Source: Escherichia virus TH22
Sequence record: MT446396.1
Strand: one strand, 5' to 3'
DNA length: 64,000 bases
The notes beneath the pieces are model-generated. The model was not told the DNA's origin. It was given only the letters and a program-made list of their open reading frames with translations, and did no database searches. Below, one piece after another: positions 18,260 to 27,209 of this stretch. A program made the translations under genes and the position numbers. Position 1 is the first letter of the stretch, and each line of letters opens with the position of its first letter.

Positions 18260-18518
18260 AATTAAACTCTCTCATTATGAGAAAAACCTGGAAATGATTG
18301 CTATGAAAGAAGAACTCCTGAATGATGTACGTCTGGCAGGTTATGCTGTTTGTGTCAATGATGTTGGTGTCCTCCAGATTGAAGGTGACCACTTTATTAT
18401 TGAATATGAATTTCATCAGTATTGGTTGTATGCTAAAGATGAAGTAGGTGGGATTGATTATGTTGACCAGTTTGATAAGCTTGACGATGTTTTAGAAGCT
18501 GCTCAGATGGTGTACTGA
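18252..18518 (+). CDS. hypothetical acidic protein
   Basis: 88-aa ORF. Confidence 0.3.
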   Translation: MIKIKLSHYEKNLEMIAMKEELLNDVRLAGYAVCVNDVGVLQIEGDHFIIEYEFHQYWLYAKDEVGGIDYVDQFDKLDDVLEAAQMVY

Positions 18519-18784
18519 TGCACATCAATCATACAATGATATCCGTCCAGGACCTGGGAACGTTTTGGGTGGATGAATTTATGAAAATAACATTCTTCCC
18601 GCACGCAGAAGGGTACGGCTCTTGGGAGTCCCATATTAGTATGCTGAATGAAGGGCAATACCGCAACGAACATGACCGCCTGATGGAATTCATTAGCGAT
18701 GCCGAGGTTATCCCTTATATTGACATTCATGAATTTAAGGCAATTATGGAGAAGGTCTTTCAGGCTTACTGTTTACTTCGCTAA
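18518..18784 (+). CDS. hypothetical protein
   Basis: 88-aa ORF. Confidence 0.3.
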   Translation: MHINHTMISVQDLGTFWVDEFMKITFFPHAEGYGSWESHISMLNEGQYRNEHDRLMEFISDAEVIPYIDIHEFKAIMEKVFQAYCLLR

Positions 18785-18794
18785 TGCTTTGTAT

Positions 18795-18832
18795 TAAGGA
18801 TGATATAATATTCATATACTAAGCGAGGCGAT
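18795..18832 (+). promoter_or_regulatory. promoter upstream of gene 55
   Basis: AAGGATGATATAATATTC; TATAAT at 18809-18814. Confidence 0.4.
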
Positions 18833-19390
18833 ATGAACGAAATTAAATTAACCAAGAATAACTATGTAAATAATAAAGAGCTTCTGAAAGCTATTTCGGA
18901 GTGGAAACAGAAGCTGAATGCGAACACCGACCCGAATAAAATTATTCGCCAGAACGACGTTATTGGTCTGGCAATTATGCTTATAGCCGAAGGTCTTAGC
19001 AAACGTTTCAACTTCTCCGGATATACCCAATCCTGGAAGCAAGAAATGATTGCAGACGGAATTGAGGCCGCAATAAAAGGTCTTCACAACTTCGACGAAA
19101 CAAAATACGATAATCCACATGCTTACATAACAATGGCTTGCTTCAATGCTTTCGTTCAGCGTATCAAAAAAGAACGTAAAGAAATGGCAAAGAAATATAG
19201 CTACTTCGTCCATAACGTGTATGATTCACGTGATGACGATATGGTGGCTCTGGCTGATGAAACATTTATCCAGGACATCTATGACAAAATGACACAGTAC
19301 GAATCCTCTTTAGTTAAAGCGCCAGGGTCTGATAAGAGCGCCAAAGATAAAGAAGGTGATTTGGATTTTTTATATGGAACATCAATTTGA
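18833..19390 (+). CDS. 55: late-transcription sigma factor gp55
   Basis: 185 aa; near-collinear with T4 gp55 (NYVNNKELL...[36 protein letters not shown]). Confidence 0.9.
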   Translation: MNEIKLTKNNYVNNKELLKAISEWKQKLNANTDPNKIIRQNDVIGLAIMLIAEGLSKRFNFSGYTQSWKQEMIADGIEAAIKGLHNFDETKYDNPHAYITMACFNAFVQRIKKERKEMAKKYSYFVHNVYDSRDDDMVALADETFIQDIYDKMTQYESSLVKAPGSDKSAKDKEGDLDFLYGTSI

Positions 19391-19607
19391 TATTACCGAT
19401 TTTTTAGATAAAATCGAGGAAGACTTTACTGCGCTCCCATATTTCATTAAACTTTATCTGCGAGACATAAAAGGTCTTCCAATTGATATCGACCCTTTAA
19501 ACGTCCGGAATCTGGAATTTACTTCACCGGATAATAACGTTGATTACCGTTATCATGTAGATAATGCTAATCTATATTTTACAATTGAGTTAACTCCCAA
19601 GGATTAA
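19374..19607 (+). CDS. hypothetical protein
   Basis: 77 aa; occupies the T4 alpha-gt interval. Confidence 0.3.
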   Translation: MEHQFDITDFLDKIEEDFTALPYFIKLYLRDIKGLPIDIDPLNVRNLEFTSPDNNVDYRYHVDNANLYFTIELTPKD

Positions 19608-19608
19608 T

Positions 19609-19920
19609 ATGCAAGCTCCAGATATTTCTCAACTGACCGATAAGCAGATTGAAGAAGCACAGGAACGTCTCGAAGAAGCGAACGCACTCGAAGCACAGAG
19701 TCAAGCGGCAAAGATTCTGAAAAAGAATGCTCGTGAAATTGCACGACTGAATAAGCATGCTCAAGGGGCAGTGCTGGAAAACAATTTTGAAGCATACAAA
19801 TATGCTTTAGTTAAACTGCGTGGAATTTACCGCCAACCAGTTACGGAAGACCTGATTAAGTTGATGTGGGAAACTACTCGCAAACAAATTTGGGAAATCG
19901 TAAATGGCATTAGTAAATAA
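19609..19920 (+). CDS. hypothetical protein
   Basis: 103-aa helical ORF. Confidence 0.35.
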   Translation: MQAPDISQLTDKQIEEAQERLEEANALEAQSQAAKILKKNAREIARLNKHAQGAVLENNFEAYKYALVKLRGIYRQPVTEDLIKLMWETTRKQIWEIVNGISK

Positions 19921-20104
19921 ACCTTTTAAACGGCTTCTTGTTGGAGCCGCTTTCAGACTTCGCTCATATGGTAATATCTGTATCAAGCAGACTGAAACCG
20001 AATATAAAATGGTTGGGCAGTATTCCGATGAAATTTTTCGGATTGAGCCTGTAGCCAAGGTTTGGGTGGATTCACATCAACTTAAGAAGTGGTGGCAACG
20101 ATGA
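19904..20104 (+). CDS. hypothetical protein
   Basis: 66-aa ORF. Confidence 0.3.
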   Translation: MALVNKPFKRLLVGAAFRLRSYGNICIKQTETEYKMVGQYSDEIFRIEPVAKVWVDSHQLKKWWQR

Positions 20105-20259
20105 TAACATGGACTGCCGGTTAATGAATGACGAATACGAAAAAGTTTAAGAGGTGTATTATGACTATTGATGATGTAAATATTCTTACTTCCGACGAAT
20201 TAAAACGATTGGGTAATATATTTCAAGACGAACATCCTGATTTTTAAGAGGTCATATGA

Positions 20260-20433
20260 ATGACGAATTCGACGGATTTTGATAAGATTAAATCTGATAA
20301 AAATGAGATGATACTTCAATTTGAAGCCGCTCGTATTAAAGCAGAAAATGAAGGTACTATTACCCATAAGAAAATCAAGTTCAAGTCTAATCGCGAACCT
20401 CTGTATGGTGTATTAATTGGAAAGGAAGCCTAG
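20260..20433 (+). CDS. hypothetical small protein
   Basis: 57 aa; below track cutoff. Confidence 0.3.
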   Translation: MTNSTDFDKIKSDKNEMILQFEAARIKAENEGTITHKKIKFKSNREPLYGVLIGKEA

Positions 20434-20446
20434 TGCTTCCTTTTTG
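20423..20446 (+). terminator. intrinsic terminator
   Basis: GGAAGCCTAGTGCTTCC hairpin + TTTTT. Confidence 0.6.
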
Positions 20447-20629
20447 CTTTATATTCGGGATGATAAAATGAACCAACTGAGGAGATTATATGGAATTATT
20501 TTTAGGATATGTTGTGTTATTCATGGCATTCTACACATTCACACGAGCTTGTTGGATAGGATTCTTTTCTACTCCTGACGGGTTCATTTCAATAATTTTA
20601 TTTTGCACTGCGATAACGGCGCTTGGCTT

Positions 20630-21649
20630 ATGAAAATTTTAAATTTAGGTGATTGGCACTTGGGTGTCAAAGCTGACGACCCATGGGCTCAAAACATTCA
20701 ACGTGATGGTATTTTACAGGCGATTGCATATTCCAAAGCAAATGGAATTAAAGTCTGGATTCAATATGGTGATATTTTTGACGTCCGTAAGGCTGTAACG
20801 CATAAGACAATGGAATTCAGCCGCGAGATTATGGAACTCCTTCGTGAAGCAGGAATTACTATGCACACGATAGTCGGGAACCATGACATGAATCTGAAGA
20901 ATAAGATTCATCCTAATGCTATCACCGAACTCCTGAATAAGTATGACCATGTTAAAATCTACGACAAGCCAACGACTGTTGATTTTGACGGTTGTCAGAT
21001 TGATATGATTCCATGGATGTGTGACGAGAACGCGACTGACATTCATCAACACATCAAAACTTCTGGTGCCGAATATTGCATCGGTCACTGGGAATTAACC
21101 GGGTTTTATTTCTATAAAGGATTGAAATCCCACGGGCTTGAGCCTGATTTCCTTAAGAAGTACAAGCAAGTTTGGTCTGGGCACTTCCATACCATTTCGG
21201 AAGCTGCGAACGTTAAGTACATAGGAACGCCATGGACATTAACAGCAGGTGATGAGAATGACCCGCGCGGATTCTGGGAATTTGATACAGAAACCGAAGA
21301 GATGAAATTTATTCCGAATGAAACCACTTGGCATCGGAAGATTTTCTATCCAAACGAAACTATTAACTACGACGACTTCAAAGACTTATCAGTCCGTGTT
21401 ATTGTAGAAAAAGTCGATAAAGACCTGACCAAGTTCGAATCTGAATTAGAAAAGCGTGTACATGAATTGCGTGTTGTCAATAAGGTTGATAACAGTGTTG
21501 ATACGACTGACTCCGAAGAAGAGTTAGACATAAAACGCTTAACTGATATGATGGCAGAATATATTGATGCATTACCTGACACCAATGAGAAAGAATCAAA
21601 AGCTCTTAAAGCATTGGCCAACAAATTATATCTTGAGGTGCAACCGTGA
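20630..21649 (+). CDS. 47: recombination endonuclease subunit gp47 (Mre11-like)
   Basis: 339 aa from ATG; phosphoesterase motifs LGDWHLG, GDIFD, GNHD; collinear with T4 gp47. Confidence 0.9.
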   Translation: MKILNLGDWHLGVKADDPWAQNIQRDGILQAIAYSKANGIKVWIQYGDIFDVRKAVTHKTMEFSREIMELLREAGITMHTIVGNHDMNLKNKIHPNAITELLNKYDHVKIYDKPTTVDFDGCQIDMIPWMCDENATDIHQHIKTSGAEYCIGHWELTGFYFYKGLKSHGLEPDFLKKYKQVWSGHFHTISEAANVKYIGTPWTLTAGDENDPRGFWEFDTETEEMKFIPNETTWHRKIFYPNETINYDDFKDLSVRVIVEKVDKDLTKFESELEKRVHELRVVNKVDNSVDTTDSEEELDIKRLTDMMAEYIDALPDTNEKESKALKALANKLYLEVQP

Positions 21650-21909
21650 GACTTTATGATTTTAATGAAGCGGGGCTTGAACATATCCGCGAATGTGATG
21701 TGGTTGACGACGATAATCAACCGAATACTATTAAGTATTGGTTTGAAGCTATCACTGACCGGGAAACCGGTCAACTTATCAAAGTCTATGTAGTCACCGA
21801 TTGGGCCGTAGAATTTAGTTTTAATGTAATGGAAGATGATACTCCAGAGACATTAATTCATATGGCTGAATCATGCATCAAGGATGCTTATTACGATGAA
21901 GACTTTTGA
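21646..21909 (+). CDS. hypothetical acidic protein
   Basis: 87-aa ORF. Confidence 0.3.
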   Translation: MRLYDFNEAGLEHIRECDVVDDDNQPNTIKYWFEAITDRETGQLIKVYVVTDWAVEFSFNVMEDDTPETLIHMAESCIKDAYYDEDF

Positions 21910-22102
21910 ATTTAATCTTGATGATGAATTTGTAGCAAATATTGATTATACCGAAGAAGATTCTAGATATGTCGGAATAATTTATATCACATCAAAAACG
22001 GCGCAGGGAGTGGTTTGCATGGCTGAATTTGATGAATGCTTTTTAGATTATGATGATATGATAGAATGGTCTAAAAGATACATTAAAAGGAATCTTTTGT
22101 GA
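21884..22102 (+). CDS. hypothetical acidic protein
   Basis: 72-aa ORF. Confidence 0.3.
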   Translation: MLITMKTFEFNLDDEFVANIDYTEEDSRYVGIIYITSKTAQGVVCMAEFDECFLDYDDMIEWSKRYIKRNLL

Positions 22103-23781
22103 AGACTTTTAAGCTTAAGAAAGTTATCTATAAAAATATTATGTCGGTTGGTGCTCAACCGATTACTGTTGAACTGGATAAAGTCCAGAAAACTCTTGTA
22201 ACTGGCAAGAATGGCGCAGGTAAATCTACGTTCCTTGAAGCGGTTACCTTTGCTATGTTCGGTAAGCCTTTCCGTGATGTAAAGAAAGGTCAGCTGATTA
22301 ACTCGAGCAACAAAAAAGATATGCTCGTTGAATTGTGGATGGAATATGATGGAAAAGAATACTATATCAAACGCGGGCAAAAACCCAATGTTTTTGAAAT
22401 CTCTTGTGGCGGTAAACGTCTTGATGAATCTGCCAGCAGTAAAGACTTCCAAGCGGAATTTGAACAGCTTATCGGAATGTCCTACGCAAGCTTCAAACAA
22501 ATTGTCGTACTCGGCACAGCTGGATATACCCCTTTTATGGGCCTATCCACTCCTGCAAGAAGAAAACTCGTCGAAGACCTGTTAGAGGTTTCTGTACTGG
22601 CCGATATGGATAAGCTGAACAAATCTCTTATCCGCGAAGTCAATAGTCAAATCCAGGTAATGGATGTGCAGCATGATGGTATCGTTCAACAGATTAAAAT
22701 CTATCAGGACAACGAAGACCGTCAAAGAAAATTGTCAGGTGATAATCTGTTGCGGCTGCAAACGATGTATGATGAACTTGCTACAGAAGCACGTGGAATC
22801 AAGGCAACTATCGAAGAAGCAACAACAAGACTGACCGAGATAATTTTGGGAGAAGACCCCGAGCACGAACTCACAAAGTTAAAGCAGGAATCATTCCTGA
22901 TTAAATCGAAGATTGACGATTACCGAAAGGTTGTTGGTCTGTACGAGAAGGGCGGTTGTTGTCAGACTTGTGCCAGTCAGTTGCATCCAGGAGACCCTAT
23001 TGTCGCCAGGATTGAGTCAAAGATTGAAGAATGTAATGCATCAGCTGATAAGCATAAAGCTCGCCAGAATGCTGTTCAAGAGCAATTTGATGCGTATACC
23101 AAGGCAAGACAAAACCAGCGTACAATAGCTCAAGACATTCAAACTAAGAAACAAACCTTAGTCCAGACTGTCGAAAAAGCTAAAAAGGTTAAAGCATTAA
23201 TCGAGCAAGCTAAGTCAGAATTTATTGACCATGCAGCAGACATTAAAATGCTTCAAGACCAGCTTGATAAAATAGTCAAACAGAAATCCGACCTTGTGAT
23301 GGAAAAATATCAACGTGGTATCCTAACGGATATGCTGAAAGATTCTGGTATTAAGGGCGCGATTATTAAGAAATATATTCCTATCTTTAATAAGCAGATA
23401 AACGCTTATCTTAAAGTTATGGAAGCTGATTATAGCTTTACGTTAGATGAAGAGTTCAACGAAACGATTAAATCTCGTGGTCGTGAAGACTTTAGTTATG
23501 CATCATTTAGCCAGGGTGAAAAAGCTCGTATAGATATTGCATTGCTGTTTACATGGCGCGATATTGCTGCGAAAGTATCTGGTGTTAATATTAACACATT
23601 GATTCTGGATGAAGTTTTTGACTCGGCCACTGACGTAGAGGGTGTTAAAGCAATTGCTACCATCCTGAACAAATTGGAAGACACCAACATCTTTATCATC
23701 AGCCACCGAGACCATGACCCGGAAGCATACGGGCAACATCTCCAGATGAAAAAAGTTGGTCGATTCACTGTTATGGAATAA
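22099..23781 (+). CDS. 46: recombination endonuclease subunit gp46 (Rad50/SbcC-like ATPase)
   Basis: 560 aa, GTG start; Walker A GKNGAGKST, central coiled coil with CxxC hook (CCQTC), signature/Walker B region LILDEVFD. Confidence 0.9.
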   Translation: MKTFKLKKVIYKNIMSVGAQPITVELDKVQKTLVTGKNGAGKSTFLEAVTFAMFGKPFRDVKKGQLINSSNKKDMLVELWMEYDGKEYYIKRGQKPNVFEISCGGKRLDESASSKDFQAEFEQLIGMSYASFKQIVVLGTAGYTPFMGLSTPARRKLVEDLLEVSVLADMDKLNKSLIREVNSQIQVMDVQHDGIVQQIKIYQDNEDRQRKLSGDNLLRLQTMYDELATEARGIKATIEEATTRLTEIILGEDPEHELTKLKQESFLIKSKIDDYRKVVGLYEKGGCCQTCASQLHPGDPIVARIESKIEECNASADKHKARQNAVQEQFDAYTKARQNQRTIAQDIQTKKQTLVQTVEKAKKVKALIEQAKSEFIDHAADIKMLQDQLDKIVKQKSDLVMEKYQRGILTDMLKDSGIKGAIIKKYIPIFNKQINAYLKVMEADYSFTLDEEFNETIKSRGREDFSYASFSQGEKARIDIALLFTWRDIAAKVSGVNINTLILDEVFDSATDVEGVKAIATILNKLEDTNIFIISHRDHDPEAYGQHLQMKKVGRFTVME

Positions 23782-23815
23782 TGCTTTAAACAAGGATGTT
23801 ATAATAGAGGCTATT

Positions 23816-24007
23816 ATGGCTGACTTCTTAACCGGGCAGCATTTACTGGCTGTCCCTGAAATTAAACGGTATGTGTTAGTTAATACCTTTTCGAAAGATG
23901 AACACCTTGTCACTGAACGTGACTTGCAAAACGCTTTCGGTGAAGAATATGTTAAAATAATCGCGAACAGACACAATGCCTGGTTCGCATATGAATACTT
24001 TGATTAA
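23816..24007 (+). CDS. hypothetical protein
   Basis: 63 aa from ATG after CAAGGATGTTATAAT promoter-like element. Confidence 0.3.
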   Translation: MADFLTGQHLLAVPEIKRYVLVNTFSKDEHLVTERDLQNAFGEEYVKIIANRHNAWFAYEYFD

Positions 24008-24031
24008 TTGATAATGAATAGAGAGAATATT

Positions 24032-24439
24032 ATGAACAACGTAACTGCTAAAGATATCCAAGTTAAAACCATCCGCACCGACGCTAACCCACATAACCAA
24101 AACCGTGTGCGCAAATCCTGGGTTCTGGCCTGTGATGAAGCATCTGCTACCCGTCTGCAGTCTCTGCCGCAAGAAATTAAATTCATGCTGTACGGTGTGA
24201 TTGATACTGATGTATCTGATAAGTGGATTGAACTGATGCGTAATCACTACAACGATTCACTGGCTGCTGGTGCTAAACTGGTTATCGACCGTGACGGTTC
24301 CGAACGTCTTGAAGATGATTATTGTGTTAATTCTGACGACCATCTGGTGCAAGCTGGTTCTATTATTGCTGCGCAACTTCCAGAGTATATTGAATCTCTT
24401 CCGGAAGCTATCCGCAAACAAATGGCAGTTGTTGCTTAA
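24032..24439 (+). CDS. RpbA-like protein (by position only)
   Basis: 135 aa between genes 46 and 45 where T4 rpbA lies; no motif support. Confidence 0.3.
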   Translation: MNNVTAKDIQVKTIRTDANPHNQNRVRKSWVLACDEASATRLQSLPQEIKFMLYGVIDTDVSDKWIELMRNHYNDSLAAGAKLVIDRDGSERLEDDYCVNSDDHLVQAGSIIAAQLPEYIESLPEAIRKQMAVVA

Positions 24440-24469
24440 TTAATTTTGATTTGAATAAAAGGTAATTAA

Positions 24470-25165
24470 ATGAAATTCTCTAAAGACACTATCACAGTTC
24501 TGAAAAACTTCACTTCCATTTACTCTGGCATTATGCTTAAGCCAGGTAATACCATCCTGACTCGTTCCGTAACTGGAGCGTCATACGGCGAAGCCGAAAT
24601 CAATGATACAATTGACTTTGAAGCTGCAATTTATGACTTGAACGGCTTCTTAAGTATTCTTAGCCTGGTAACTGACCAAGCTGAAGTATCTCTGGCTGAA
24701 GACGCATCAAACATCATTATCAAAGACCAACGTTCAACGATTCACTGGCCTGCAGCAGACCCGAGCACTATCGTGTTCCCTGCTAAGAAGATTCCTTTCC
24801 CGGTAGCTAAGGTTATCTTCGACCTGAAAGGTAGTGACCTGCAGCAGCTTCTGCGTGTGGCTGGTGGTTTGTCTCTGGATACTTTTGCAATCACCAACAA
24901 AGACGGTAAGATTGTTATCCATGGTTATAATCAGCTCGAAGATAAAGAGTTAGCGCGTCCATTGTATTCCCTGGTGTGCGGCGACTACGAAGGTGATGCA
25001 GCGTTTAAATTTATCATTAACAAACTGAACATGAAAATGATTCCGGCCGATTACCGTGTTATGCTTTGGGCGAAAGATGATAAATTTGCTACGAAGTTTG
25101 AAGGCACACAAGCAAGCTATGTGATTGCAATGGAACAAGGCTCTAGCCACGAATTCCAAGATTAA
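24470..25165 (+). CDS. 45: sliding clamp gp45
   Basis: 231 aa; collinear with T4 gp45 (LKNFTSIYSGIMLKPG..., FKFIIN). Confidence 0.95.
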   Translation: MKFSKDTITVLKNFTSIYSGIMLKPGNTILTRSVTGASYGEAEINDTIDFEAAIYDLNGFLSILSLVTDQAEVSLAEDASNIIIKDQRSTIHWPAADPSTIVFPAKKIPFPVAKVIFDLKGSDLQQLLRVAGGLSLDTFAITNKDGKIVIHGYNQLEDKELARPLYSLVCGDYEGDAAFKFIINKLNMKMIPADYRVMLWAKDDKFATKFEGTQASYVIAMEQGSSHEFQD

Positions 25166-25221
25166 TAAATGGGGCTTCGGCCCCATGGAGTACAAAGTAG
25201 AAACTAATATGAGGAAAATAT

Positions 25222-26181
25222 ATGTTAACGGTTAATGACAAAGAATTCATGTGGGAACAAAAATACCGCCCAGGTACATTATCAGAGTGTATTCTTCCGG
25301 CTCATGATAAAGAAACATTAGAGGCGATTGTTAAAAAAGGTTTGATTCCCAACTTGATTCTGGTCAGTAGTTCCCCTGGTACTGGTAAGACAACAGTTGC
25401 GAAAGCTATGTGTGCGGATACAAATTCCGATATGCTGTTTGTTAACGGCTCCGATTGCCGAATTGACTTTGTGCGTAATGAATTGACTCGCTTTGCATCA
25501 TCTAAATCAATCGAAGGTCGCCGCAAGGTAATCGTTATCGATGAGTTCGACCGCGCGGGTCTGGCTGAATCACAACGACACCTTCGTAGCTTTATGGAAG
25601 CTTATTCGAGCAACTGTTCAATCATTATGACCGCGAACAATATCGATGGCATCATCACTCCGCTGCAGTCTCGTTGTCGCGTAATTAAGTTTGGTGAAGC
25701 AACTCCAGCTGACCAGACCACTATGATGAAAGAGATGATTCATCGTGCAGTCGCGATATGTAAAAACGAAGGCGTTGAAATCGAAGACCTGAAAGTTGTT
25801 GCTGCTCTGGTTAAGCATAATTTCCCGGACCTGCGTAAGACAATTAATGAGCTTGACCGTTACTCCGCAAAGGGTGTTATCGATTCTGGTATTCTAAGCA
25901 TCGTGACAAACAATCGCACACCAATTGATGATGTGATTGATGCCCTTAAAGACCGTAACTTTAAAGTTCTCCGTGGCCTGGCTCCTAAGCATGCAAATGA
26001 TTATTCAAGCTTCATTGCAAAGCTGGCTGATGAAATGTATGGCAAACTGACTGGTGCAAGCATCATCCGTATGTATGAGATTGTGGGTGAGAATAATCAG
26101 TACCATGGCATTGCAGCCAATACCGAAGTTCACTTGACTTATCTGTTTGCTCAACTGGCTGGGGAAATGAAATGGCTGTAA
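25222..26181 (+). CDS. 44: clamp loader large subunit gp44
   Basis: 319 aa; AAA+ Walker A SPGTGKTT, Walker B VIVIDEFD. Confidence 0.9.
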   Translation: MLTVNDKEFMWEQKYRPGTLSECILPAHDKETLEAIVKKGLIPNLILVSSSPGTGKTTVAKAMCADTNSDMLFVNGSDCRIDFVRNELTRFASSKSIEGRRKVIVIDEFDRAGLAESQRHLRSFMEAYSSNCSIIMTANNIDGIITPLQSRCRVIKFGEATPADQTTMMKEMIHRAVAICKNEGVEIEDLKVVAALVKHNFPDLRKTINELDRYSAKGVIDSGILSIVTNNRTPIDDVIDALKDRNFKVLRGLAPKHANDYSSFIAKLADEMYGKLTGASIIRMYEIVGENNQYHGIAANTEVHLTYLFAQLAGEMKWL

Positions 26182-26750
26182 GTCTCTTTGATGATGACGT
26201 TCAATTAAACGAACATGAGGTTGCGTGGAAATCACGCGACTTTAACAAAATTCAGGAATTGTCCGATTCATACAAAGAGAAAGCAGAAAATGAATTGTTC
26301 GCGATTCTTAATGACATAACCGTTAGTAAAAAACCACGAAACCTGATTCAATCGGAAAACTACAATAAATTCTGGTTAGAAAACGCATTGAGCCAACATG
26401 TCGATTGCATCATGCAGGTGAACGTGATGAACTTAATCGGTTCCGGGTTAACAGACCAACAGCATTATAATTATTTGCTGCATGCGGTTCCACAAGGCAA
26501 GCGTTATGGCAAATGGGCTAAGGCTGAGCCGGATGTAGTCAGCGTCCAGCTTGTGTTAAAGCTTTTAATGAAATATTATACAATTAATGCAGATGATGCT
26601 TTGATGTATATGGAAACATTGAAAGTCAAAGGTAGTCTTAAAGATGTTTTGAAAAAGACAAAAGGTCTGGTGACGGATGAATTCTTAAAGACCGTTACCA
26701 GTAATGTGAAAGAACAAAAAGAAATTAAAAAACAAATATTGGAATGGTAA
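26172..26750 (+). CDS. 62: clamp loader small subunit gp62
   Basis: 192 aa; overlaps 44 stop; synteny 44-62-regA. Confidence 0.8.
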   Translation: MAVSLFDDDVQLNEHEVAWKSRDFNKIQELSDSYKEKAENELFAILNDITVSKKPRNLIQSENYNKFWLENALSQHVDCIMQVNVMNLIGSGLTDQQHYNYLLHAVPQGKRYGKWAKAEPDVVSVQLVLKLLMKYYTINADDALMYMETLKVKGSLKDVLKKTKGLVTDEFLKTVTSNVKEQKEIKKQILEW

Positions 26751-26751
26751 A

Positions 26752-27120
26752 ATGATTGAAATTACATTAAAGCAACCTGAAGACTTCCTGAAAGTTAAAG
26801 AAACTCTGACCCGTATGGGCATCGCAAATAATAAAGACCGTGTACTTTACCAGAGCTGTCACATCCTCCAAAAGCAAGGCCGTTACTATATTGTTCACTT
26901 CAAAGAAATGCTGCGCATGGATGGCCGCCAGGTGGATATTGATGGTGAAGACTATCAGCGCCGTGATTCCATCGCTCAACTGCTCGAAGACTGGGGCTTA
27001 ATCACTATCAAAGAAGAAGAGCATAATGAATTGTTTGCAGTAACAAACAACTTCCGTGTTATCTCCTTTAAACAAAAAGACGACTGGAAGCTCGTAGCCA
27101 AATACACAATTGGCAATTAA
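26752..27120 (+). CDS. regA: translational repressor RegA
   Basis: 122 aa; near-collinear with T4 RegA (MIEITLK...NNFRVISFKQK...KYTIGN). Confidence 0.9.
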   Translation: MIEITLKQPEDFLKVKETLTRMGIANNKDRVLYQSCHILQKQGRYYIVHFKEMLRMDGRQVDIDGEDYQRRDSIAQLLEDWGLITIKEEEHNELFAVTNNFRVISFKQKDDWKLVAKYTIGN

Positions 27121-27129
27121 TTTAAAGCA

Positions 27130-27151
27130 AAGGGACTTCGGTCCCTTTTGT
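27130..27151 (+). terminator. intrinsic terminator
   Basis: AGGGACTTCGGTCCCT hairpin + TTTT. Confidence 0.6.
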
Positions 27152-27209
27152 AGTATAATAACATCAAGTCATAAACAAAAGTCAATCACTCGACTATAAA
27201 GGAAACCAA

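Noticed and set aside
22048-22500. 150-aa - strand ORF overlapping the start of gene 46
   Set aside because: Antisense to the gp46 Walker A region; no expression signals.
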